Counted from the first letter of the stretch, positions 1 through 7,975 are shown. The stretch: 11,194 nt of DNA from Octopus sinensis (GCF_006345805.1 NW_021827115.1:1-11194), one strand, 5' to 3'. The notes: generated by a model not told the origin, from the letters alone. A program made the numbers and translations.

Positions 1-164
1 AGAGCATCGCTAATAACTATAGAAAGACTAGCAAACATGAGTGAGAAATGATATGAATAGTGAGGCAAAAAGCATCCAGAAACTGAAATTTTATGGGAGG
101 CTCGTTTGTCTAGCTAGAAGCTACTCGTAGTTCACACTTAAAACCCATAAGTAAAATAGTACTT

Positions 165-1121
165 TTAATCTAAAATGTAGATAATAATCCGGCTAAAAAA
201 GAGATAGGTGTAATAGCAATAAAATCTTTCGTGAGATTCATAATACTGTTGTGTGGACGCCCCCAGACGATGAAGTAGGCTAGCCCAATGCGTAGATAAA
301 GAGGGAGAAGCCTCGACTAGAGACAGAACAGAGAGTAGCAGTAGAGTCAGAGTAGCGGTCAGAGTAGAGAGGAGAGAAGGGTAGAGTTCAGTAGCAGGCA
401 TCCGAACATGCGACATAACAAATACCATCAAAAGGCAACCAGGATTCGGTAATGGAATAATAATGGTACAGTTATTCACTGTTTTCCTTCGGAAGAAGGT
501 CCCTGACAGACACCCCCAAGTGATCCAGAGTAAATGAGGGCATTTTGCTCTTTAGCCGCTCATCTAAGAGAAAATAACTCCATACAAATTTTGAATTCTA
601 ATAATTATTGAGTTCGTGGCACTTGTACCATACCGACAGGAGTTTGAAGGATTAGAGAGTGGAACTGGTTCTGTACAAGCCATCACTGGTTCTGTACAAA
701 CCGTGACTGGTTCTGTACAAACCGTGACTGGTTCTGTACAAACCATTACTGGTTCTGTACCAAGCACCAGCATCAACTTCGTTACACATTTCTCAAAATC
801 ATTGAACTAAAACAGCGTTTGACCGAGTCTTGTTGAACTCTCATTCGTCGAGGCGACGGGAAGTCCATATATAATTAGCTGTTTTATAATTATCGGTAAT
901 ATAAACAGTTCTAAGTACACGGATTTTATCTTTGATCTCTTAAACCGCCCACACCCATTACAGCCCTTGACTTCGCTAAAAAACATTATCATAAAAAGCA
1001 TTCTACATGACTCGGCACTTTGACAAAGGATTTGTCTGGCTAAAAAAATATTCGATCTCTCGTACTCATCCGATGTCAGAATGGCGTCATCTGACAGCAC
1101 AGATATATGCGAACTTCTCAT
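165..1121 (-). pseudogene. Unassigned decayed reading frame (319 codons, 3 internal stops); possibly gag-like or other TE/virus-derived
   Basis: The track ORFs 807..1499 (non-repetitive part from ATG at 1121), 564..776 and 165..479 are all in the same minus frame, separated only by stops at 807-809, 564-566 and 552-554. No recognisable catalytic motif. The segment IIIKQLIIYGLP...FNDFEKCVTKLM is only loosely reminiscent of LTR-retrotransposon gag. Confidence 0.3.
664..768. repeat. 21-bp minisatellite, 5 copies (ACTGGTTCTGTACAAACCGTG consensus)
   Basis: ACTGGTTCTGTAC starts at 664, 685, 706, 727 and 748 (exact 21-bp period). It reads TEPV(M/T)(V/A)C on the minus strand and TGSVQ(A/T)(I/V) on the plus strand. 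Confidence 0.95.
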
Positions 1122-1125
1122 GATA

Positions 1126-1175
1126 TGTGTGTGAGTGTGTGAGTGTGTGAGTGTGTGAGTGTGTGTGAGTGAGTG

Positions 1176-1209
<34 letters not shown>

Positions 1210-1410
1210 TGTATGTATGTATGTATGAATGTATGTATGTACGCATGTATGCATGTATGTATGTATGTATGTATGTATGTATGTATGTATGTATGCATGC
1301 ATGCATGCATGTATGTATGTATGTATGTATGTAAGTAAGTATGTATGAATGTATGTATGTATGTATGTATGCATGTATGTATGTATGTATGTATGTTATG
1401 TATTATGTAT
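1126..1410. repeat. Compound microsatellite (GT/GAGTGT)n then (ATGT)n
   Basis: Read directly; it is the source of the HTYI/MYVC low-complexity ORFs. Confidence 0.97.
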
Positions 1411-1832
1411 GTTGTTACACTTCCAGATGGGAAGGGTCTTCCTATGATGCTGACATGCAGTGTCTGTGCAAGACCCTGCCTCAGTAAAGCTGGACTCAAG
1501 AGTCATCTTCGTAGTCATAAAGCGAGACAGATGATTGACAACCTGGCCACTGGTGGTGGTCTTACACACCATACTAATCATATCTGTCGGGCATGTGGAA
1601 GAGAGTGTAATTCGGCAGGAGGACTTAAACGACATGCAAAGGTACATGAAGCCCAGTTACAACTACAGCCGCCTTTTTACCGGTAAAGGTTTTAGTTGCC
1701 AATTCTGTACGAGACATTGTAGATCTTTGCTGGGCTAAAAAGTCACATTCGATCACAGCACCAGTAACAGTTAAGCTTCGTGCAATGGCCATACTCGATA
1801 ACGAGGGGGCAGCCATAATAAGAATAAGAATA
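1411..1832 (+). mobile_element. 5'-truncated RTE-type LINE 3' end: three C2H2 zinc fingers, 3' UTR stem-loop and short-repeat tail
   Basis: ZF1 CSVCARPCLSKAGLKSHLRSH (1456-1518), ZF2 CRACGRECNSAGGLKRHAKVH (1585-1647), ZF3 CQFCTRHCRS[fs]AGLKSHIRSQHQ* (1697-1767; frameshifts at T-runs 1674-1678 and 1726-1728). CxxCxRxCxSxxGLxSHxRxH is the C-terminal finger type of RTE-clade ORFs and lacks TGEKP linkers. It is followed by hairpin CTCG-ATAA-CGAG (1794-1805) and tail ATAATAAGAATAAGAATA (1815-1832). Confidence 0.8.
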
Positions 1833-1976
1833 CCGCAAGATAGACATTCAAAAGTCACTCAATGCTTTAGTTCCAAACACCGTTCGAAACTGACTTCTTA
1901 GATTTGACAGCCAATGCACACTTCGATAGTGCACCAACACCTTTCAATAGAAATTCAGAACTGAGATTAAGAATAC

Positions 1977-2206
1977 TGAGTGGTCTACTCCTTATGTAGA
2001 GTCTGACCACCTCTTGTACTTACACCTGACATCCATCATGGCGTCTGATGGGGCTTTTTGAACCAGACAATGTTTTGAAAAGATACCCACATAAATTGCA
2101 TATCTACTTTGGACCACCAAGAACTGCTGTTAGGTTCTGATCTTTGTGGATCTTAAAATGGGTTTTGATGCCTCCGTTGGATTTGCAGACCCTATAGCAT
2201 ACACGT
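1977..2206 (-). mobile_element. Second RTE-type LINE 3' end (decayed), opposite orientation
   Basis: Minus frame reads VCYRVCKSNGGIKTHFKIHKDQNLTAVLGGPK*ICNLCGYLFKTLSGSKSPIRRHDGCQV* (internal stop 2104-2106, terminal TAA 2020-2022), i.e. two C2H2-like fingers. The 3' UTR hairpin is GTGGTC..ACTC/GAGT..GACCAC (1980-2010). Absent from the ORF track. Confidence 0.75.
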
Positions 2207-2510
2207 GGAGACGCAATGGCCCAGTGGTTAGGGCAGTGGACTCGCGGTTGTAGGGTCGTGGTTTCGATTCCCAGACCGGGCGTTGTGAGTGTTTATTGAG
2301 CAAAAACACCTAAAAGCTCCACGAGGCTCCGGCAGGGAGGGCTGGTGATCCCTGCTGTACTCTTTCGCCACAACTTTCTCTCACTCTTTCTTCTGTTGGC
2401 CTGCTCGCTTAGCTAGCGGGGTGGCGTCACTTGAAAGCTAAAACAATGCGAAGCGCATTGTGACCAGCGATGTGTAGCAACATCTGATAGCCTGGTCGGT
2501 CACGGTGATA
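2207..2510 (+). mobile_element. tRNA-derived SINE (copy A, tail type 1)
   Basis: Pol III A box TGGCCCAGTGG (2217-2227) and B box GGTTTCGATTCC (2260-2271). The head and centre align by eye with 3846-4032 and 8650-8839 (minus). The distinct tail 2396-2510 ends CGGTCACGGTGATA. Confidence 0.9.
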
Positions 2511-2511
2511 A

Positions 2512-2580
2512 GATATGAGTCTTGCAAAAAAAAGGATATGGTCTGTTACAAATTGTGCACACAAAAAGATTGTTGGTATT
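2512..2580 (-). mobile_element. Further zinc-finger fragment of the minus-strand RTE remnant, beyond the SINE
   Basis: Minus frame reads NTNNLFVCTICNRPYPFFCKTHI (first Cys codon at 2557-2559), the same CxxCxR finger type with a damaged second half. Confidence 0.55.
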
Positions 2581-2609
2581 CATTTTCATTTATATATATA
2601 TATATATAA

Positions 2610-3135
2610 AATAGTGTTCACTTCCGGACTCTCTCACTCTGTGAAAGTTTCTAGTTCGAATCACACGTGTCTCGATGTGCTGAAGATTTTCTATTTTGGA
2701 TATATTTGGGGTACTTAAGTCTATTCAGGACTTAGTGCTTGCTTTTTCCGGGGTATGAGTAAGTATTTCATTATGTCTTACGTATTTATCGCTGAGGAGG
2801 ATAAATTCTTATGAATTGACTCTGAATTGGGACCAATACTGTAATAACGGAATTTTTTAGAAAATTTCTATCGGCTTGTTTTCGAGAGCATAAATTATAA
2901 TGGTTATTGACAATTTTGTCTATTTCGGCATATTTGGCATTAGAATTTTTGTTTGTGCCCTTATTTATAAGTTATATATATATATAATATAATTATATAT
3001 TACTGAATAAATAAATGAATGATAAAAGGGCAGGAGTTACGTAACACGTTCATTAGCTTACAGCTGTTTCTGCTGAATGAAGCAAGGTACTCAGAGCTGA
3101 TTACTTGCATTTTCTCGGGCTCCGAGAATGTTAAA
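2610..3135 (-). mobile_element. Penelope-like element 5' remnant (pseudo-LTR with hammerhead motif, TA tract, decayed ORF N-terminus)
   Basis: The hammerhead-like motif at 3052-3101 lies upstream on the same strand of a 61-codon stop-free stretch at 2971-2789 (stop 2786-2788): LINKGTNKNSNAKYAEIDKIVNNHYNLCSRKQADRNFLKNSVITVLVPIQSQFIRIYPPQR*. ADxxFLK..LxP resembles PLE ORF N-termini by eye. Left boundary approximate. Confidence 0.5.
3052..3101 (-). ncRNA. Degenerate type-I hammerhead ribozyme motif (HH1)
   Basis: 5'-AUCAGCU CUGAGUA CCU UGCU-UCAUUC-AGCA GAAAC AGCU GUA/AGCUAAU. Stem I has 6 of 7 pairs, stem II 4 bp, stem III is the palindrome CAGCUG, and the cleavage triplet is GUA. The core deviates at G8>U. 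Confidence 0.7.
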
Positions 3136-3151
3136 AGATGTTGCACAAACA

Positions 3152-3209
3152 CTCAGCTCTGAATGCCCTGTTTTTTTTATTGCAGAAACAGAAACAGCTT
3201 TTAGCTAGT
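3152..3209 (+). ncRNA. Inverted, heavily decayed copy of HH1 (HH2)
   Basis: CTCAGCT CTGAATG CCC TG(T-run)ATTGCA GAAAC [AGAAAC dup] AGCT TTT AGCTAGT has the same flanks and module order as HH1 on the opposite strand. Confidence 0.55.
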
Positions 3210-3291
3210 GGAAGTCATAATGTAACCCCTATTTTGTTTTGTTATTCATCAGCTGATTTATACAGAAAGAACTACATACATACATACATAT

Positions 3292-3347
<56 letters not shown>

Positions 3348-3475
3348 AGTAGACAAATGAATTATCTTATTACGGATAATTCGAAAGATAACCGATACCT
3401 GGGTAGCAAAATCACAACAGAAATAGCACAAAGGAACTTTGTTAAATCTTCGTTCAGCTCCATTCTTTCCTATAA

Positions 3476-3525
<50 letters not shown>

Positions 3526-3529
3526 TAAT

Positions 3530-3714
3530 CATTCGCGTTTTTTTCCTCCGTCTTCCTTCCTTGAATCTTTCCGTTTCCTATGTTTCAGACGAAGAGCTCC
3601 GCTCGAACGTTAAATCCTCCTCTTTTCCTTCCTTTCCAGCATCCAATAACACTATAACTTGTTCCCGTCCTCGTTTATTGTGTTTTCTCTTTGTGTTTTT
3701 ATGTTTGGATTAGC
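3530..3714 (+). mobile_element. Penelope-like pseudo-LTR-derived repeat (pyrimidine-rich) containing HH3
   Basis: Contains CAGACGAAGAGCTCCGCTCGAACGTTAAA; related to 7822-7975 (minus) by eye; followed by (TA)n. Confidence 0.6.
3582..3615 (+). ncRNA. Degenerate minimal type-I hammerhead motif (HH3)
   Basis: GUUU CAGACGA A GAGC-UCC-GCUC GAA-C GUU/AAAU; U4>A and one A missing from GAAA. Confidence 0.6.
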
Positions 3715-3728
3715 TATATATATATATA

Positions 3729-4032
3729 TTGTTTGTTCCTTCTCGAGCCATGCCTGGCTCATAAGGACCGGTTTCCCAGTTTCTATTGCGTATAGGTTCC
3801 CTACCTGGACGGGACGCCGGTCCATCGCAGGTGAGCTGCAAGATGCAGGAGGAAAGAGTGAGAGAAAGTTGTGGCGAAAGAGTCAGCAGAAGGTTCGCCA
3901 TTACCTTCTGTCGTAGCTGCGTGGAGCTTAGGTGTTTCGCTCATACACACACACATCGCCCGGTTTGAGATAACGAACCCGCGATCCCTCGACCGCGAGT
4001 CCGCTGCTCTAACCACCAGGCCATGTGCCTCC
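3729..4032 (-). mobile_element. tRNA-derived SINE (copy B, tail type 2)
   Basis: Minus strand begins GGAGGCACATGGCCTGGTGGTTAGAGCAGCGGACTCGCGG, with a degenerate B box GGGTTCGTTATC. The centre is shared with copy A. The tail CACCTGCGATGGACCGGCGTCCCGTCCAGG...GAGCCA-GGCA-TGGCTC...GAACAAACAA is followed by (TA)n. Confidence 0.9.
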
Positions 4033-4220
4033 ACACACATATATTTACACGGTAAAGATGATAGTGGTGGTGATGATGTTGATCTTAATCGAAGGATCAT
4101 CAAGAGGACAAACAACTTTCCTATAAAGTATTTAACAGATTAAAACGGAGAGTTTGTTATTCCATTGTTCCATTGTTATTATTCGGTCCCTGAAGGGAGG
4201 TGAAAAGATTGAAACGCTTC

Positions 4221-4452
4221 TTTAAGCGTAAATTATATTCAAAGACACACATACATACACATACGCAAATACATAATATATATATTATATATTATTATAT
4301 TATATATATATATATTATATATATATATATATATTATATATAGATATATATATTATAAATGTAAATACACATGCCACACACACATCATACATAGACATAC
4401 GTATATAAGCACATAGACATACGTATCTATGTACATTTACACATATATGATG

Positions 4453-4531
<79 letters not shown>

Positions 4532-4722
4532 TGCTAATATATTATATATATATATATATGTATATATGTGTGTGTAAGTATGTATATGTATGTATGTATG
4601 TATGTGTATGTATGTATGTATAATGGCGTGTCTTCACACACCACAATATATATATACATATACCTACATATATAAGGACATACACATACGTATCTATGTA
4701 CATTTATATATACGATTGTATA

Positions 4723-4761
<39 letters not shown>

Positions 4762-4839
4762 GAATATATGTATTTATGTAAGTATGTAATATGTATGCGC
4801 GTATATGTATATGTGCGTGTCTTCACGACGACGCTTAAA
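4221..4839. repeat. Compound TA/TACA/GATA microsatellite block with imperfect inverted flanks and an internal direct repeat
   Basis: TTTAAGCGT (4221-4229)..AAGACAC (4242-4248) is inverted relative to GTGTCTT (4817-4823)..ACGCTTAAA (4831-4839). An exact 22-mer CATACGTATCTATGTACATTTA occurs at 4418 and 4685. Confidence 0.8.
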
Positions 4840-5260
4840 TAAATATATAATAGAAGCCAATGAAATATTTATGGCCGTCCTCCTCTTGCCATGAACGATC
4901 AAATAAAAAAAAATACACATGGCCCACATAAATATATACAAAAACAACGTATTTTAATGGCAATTCTGTGTGGATGGTAAATGGTCGTGTTGGTGACAGT
5001 GGTACAGAGAGAGAGAGGTTATTGTTTCACAGAAATGGCGCCATTATCGATCAGATAATCAATACGATTTATGTGATTATACATAAGTTATCAATAACGG
5101 GTTGTTATATATTTTTTATTTATAGATGTCGAAGTCACCTTAAAATTGTGTCTTTTATGTTGTGGCGAGAGCAGAAGGAAATTTATGAAATAATGAACGC
5201 AAGAACACACTACATACGCGCACACATGCACACACTCAAACACTCAAACACGCTGTGTAC

Positions 5261-5261
<1 letters not shown>

Positions 5262-5298
<37 letters not shown>

Positions 5299-5311
5299 AT
5301 ATATTATATAT

Positions 5312-5343
<32 letters not shown>

Positions 5344-5383
5344 GTGTGTGTGTAAATAGATATGCATATGCGCGTATATGTAT

Positions 5384-5423
<40 letters not shown>

Positions 5424-5736
5424 GTGTGTAATATGTACATATATAACTATGTATATATGTATAACTATACATATATGTATATATATATGTATATATATAT
5501 ATATATGCATATGCGCGTATATGTATATACATACATGTATATATATACATGTGTGTATATGTATATAATATATATATAACTATGTATATATGCATGTATA
5601 CATGTATAACTATACATATATGTATGTATATATATATATATATACATATATGTATAGTTATACATATACATATATATATATATGTATAACTATACATATA
5701 TGTTTGTAGATATATATATATATATATATATATGTG

Positions 5737-5767
<31 letters not shown>

Positions 5768-5785
5768 ATGTATGTATATATATAA
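5262..5785. repeat. Complex (TA)/(TG)-derived minisatellite with higher-order units
   Basis: ATGCGCGTATATGTATAT at 5368 and 5511 (also 4795); recurring ATAACTAT(A/G) units. Confidence 0.92.
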
Positions 5786-5999
5786 TGGTTGCTATTTAGA
5801 TGGAGGTCAACCCTGATTGAGCTTATCATAACAGGCTGTAACAATATCTCTTTGACAATATCGTGATTAATTTAGATATATATTCGACCAGATATGGTCA
5901 CGCGTCAGCCTTTGGCCTCCGGCCGCCCTGTCTCTTTTCTCTGTTTTTCAATTGATATTATAATGATCTCCGGTCCCTTATCCCCCACACCTTGAGAGG

Positions 6000-6330
6000 T
6001 CCCCTTTCCACTTCACCCCCTCCCAACCTGTAGTGCCCATCGATTACTCTCGGTCCTTCCTTCCCACAACATCAGTCCCCACGGAATTTTCTTCCTGCTC
6101 ATGTTAATCTGCAACACTTTCAACAAAGCCTTCCTGTTCTCTCGAACTAATATGGTCATTTACTTGGTTTCCATGGCGTTTAACTGATTGGGACCACAGC
6201 ATTTCCGATGGACAGGATTTCGATCCGTTGCAGTTCCAAGGCCAACGATTTTTGAGAAGAGTGGACAAACCTTGCCCGAACTTTTGCCTGGGAAGGTAAC
6301 TTTCTAGGTGCAAACCCATGGTCTGTGTCG
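6000..6330 (-). mobile_element. Possible LINE 5'-region fragment
   Basis: Minus GACCATGGGTTTGCACCTAGAAAGTTACCTTCCCAGGCAAAAGTTCGGGCAAGG resembles a common octopus RTE-associated repeat as I recall it. Downstream ..ALLKVLQINMSRK.. loosely resembles an APE endonuclease N-terminus. Weak. Confidence 0.3.
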
Positions 6331-6356
6331 TGACTGAGTGGTGTCTTAGACTCAGA

Positions 6357-6441
6357 CTATATATATATATATATTAATATATTATATATATATATATAAC
6401 TGTACTTGGAGAAGAAGAAACGAAACGAAATATATATATAT

Positions 6442-6473
<32 letters not shown>

Positions 6474-6668
6474 ATTTATATATATATATAGATATATATA
6501 TATAAATGTATTAATATATACAATTATATATATTAAATGTATATAATAATATATATATTATACATAAATGTATATTATATAATGTAAAGTTATATATATA
6601 TATATATATTATATATAAATTGTTATATATATAATAATATATTATATATATATATATATATATATACA
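6357..6668. repeat. Degenerate (TA)n tract
   Basis: Read directly, with a short non-TA interruption at about 6398-6430. Confidence 0.92.
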
Positions 6669-6674
6669 TTTACG

Positions 6675-6897
6675 TGCGTCTGTGTTTGTCACCCCCCCCC
6701 CCCCCATCATCACTTGGTAGTCGATGTTGGTGTGTTTACGTCCCTGAAGCCTGGCAGTTCGGCAAAAGGACCGATAGAATAAGCACTAGGCTTACAAACA
6801 ACAAGTCCTGGGGTCGACTTGTTCGACTAAAGGCGGTGCTCCAGCATGGCCGCAGTGAAATTACAGAAACCATAAAGAGTAAAAGAATAAAAGAACA
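6675..6897 (+). mobile_element. 3' half of an abundant octopus-type SINE (tRNA head absent)
   Basis: GTGTTTGTC-C-run...GGCAGTTCGGCAAAAGGACCGATAGAATAAGCACTAGG...CTGGGGTCGACTTGTTCGACT...CAGCATGGCCGCAG ends in an AAAAGA-type tail. It shares the ATAAGTACCAG..CTGGGGTCGA..TCGA motif with the SINEs at 9652 and 11000. Confidence 0.85.
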
Positions 6898-7244
6898 GTT
6901 TTAATCGATTATTCGAAACTGAATGGCATCTCAGCAACGGTCCACATTAATTTGACCAATTCCAGAGAAACAAGCAGCCATTCTGTTTATATAATCAACA
7001 ATTACAGCAGTTAGAGAGAACTGGGAACTATTAATTAGCAAACCTCCGGTGTTTTAATATTTCCCTTACGATCAGCGTCCAGTCAACGTAGCGTCCATCT
7101 GTGCAATATGTTAAATTGAAGTGTATCGTTAAAAAGTCAGAAACTGCGGTTTTCCATAATGGAAAAAAATCCCTTTATAGATGTCGAATTAGAAAAAAAT
7201 ACATACCAATTTTATTCTAGAGATGTGCCTACTGAAAATTTCGA

Positions 7245-7500
7245 ATATATATATATATATATATAGTCATGTATATATACATATATATATATATAATATA
7301 TATATATAATATATATATATATAATCATGTATATATACATATATATATATATACATATATATAGATACATATCTATATACATATATATATATATACATTT
7401 TATATACATAAATATTAAATACATACATATTATATATATAATATATAATATATATAATATATATATATAGATAGATAGATGATAGATAGATATAGATATA
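7245..7500. repeat. (TA)n/(GATA)n microsatellite
   Basis: Read directly. Confidence 0.95.
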
Positions 7501-7784
7501 GAGGTCACCACTAGGTTATAACCAATATGTTAGAAGAAGATCACATACGATCTAACTACAAAGAAAAGAAAGTTCTCCAGAGAAATTTAGCAAAACACCA
7601 GAACATAAGCGGGCAAGACAGATGAGAATATATAAAAATCAGGAATTGGTTATCCACCTAGAGGTTATCCCTAAATATACACATATATTGAAATTTTTTC
7701 AGATTTTCAAGATTTTTTATATATGCTAGGCTACTGGTTTTAAATTGATATTAATTAAACCAATATACAAATTTATCTCCCTCG

Positions 7785-7821
<37 letters not shown>

Positions 7822-7824
<3 letters not shown>

Positions 7825-7975
7825 AGAAGACAGTGGTGTACAAAACAACAGATGTATTAGTATAACGCTCAGGAATAGAAAAAGTATTTTACGTTTCGAG
7901 CCTACGCTCTTCTACAGAAAGGGACACAAAAGAAACAAGAAGAAAAAAATGTGTGTAGTGTCCTACCGATCACTC
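7822..7975 (-). mobile_element. Penelope-like pseudo-LTR-derived repeat containing HH4
   Basis: Minus strand CCCTTTCTGTAGAAGAGCGTAGGCTCGAAACGTAAAATAC..TTCCTGAGCGTTATACTAATAC; flanked by (ATCT)n and (TA)n. Confidence 0.6.
7887..7920 (-). ncRNA. Minimal type-I hammerhead motif (HH4), one core deviation
   Basis: UUU CUGUAGA A GAGC-GUAG-GCUC GAAAC GUA/AAA; A6>U; stem I only 3 bp. Confidence 0.6.

Noticed and set aside
664-768. Regular short repeats suggesting CRISPR
   Set aside because: The units are head-to-tail with no unique spacers, there are no cas genes, and the context is eukaryotic.
1000-1115. Plus frame 3 HST*LG..QHRYMR resembles the HxxR..Y box of DIRS/Ngaro tyrosine recombinases
   Set aside because: The frame has many stops, there is no upstream R box or CPV motif, and the GRW motif needs two frameshifts; likely chance.
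1345-1767. Host C2H2 zinc-finger gene or exon
   Set aside because: There are no TGEKP linkers, the ORF start lies in a microsatellite, and a LINE-type 3' hairpin and tail follow the stop.
1825-1976. 9-bp direct repeat TAAGAATAC (1825, 1968) flanking the spacer between the two LINE ends
   Set aside because: The first copy overlaps the LINE tail and the enclosed 134 bp has no terminal repeats or tail; not enough for a TSD call.
2207-2282. tRNA genes at the SINE heads (also 3960-4032, 8765-8839)
   Set aside because: A/B boxes are present, but each continues into SINE body sequence and lacks a clean cloverleaf.
4190-4220. Extra hammerhead candidates: CTGAAGG..GAAAC (4190-4215), CTGATGA at 10356-10362, and minus CTGATGA near 3246-3252
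   Set aside because: None has a pairable stem II plus stem I/III arrangement.
4968-5844. Long ORFs rich in Y/I/M/H (also 807-1499 N-terminus, 3138-3479, 7212-7511, 7951-8193, 8858-9685, N-termini of 9989-10811)
   Set aside because: These are translations of stop-free microsatellites with no coding signal.
5119-7188. Exact 15-mer TTTATAGATGTCGAA at 5119 and 7174 (TSD or repeated splice acceptor?)
   Set aside because: It is AT-rich, the enclosed 2 kb is a mixture of unrelated repeats, and no convincing exon or donor follows either copy.
7501-7785. Possible PLE ORF start downstream of HH4
   Set aside because: Translations in both orientations gave short frames with no recognisable motif.
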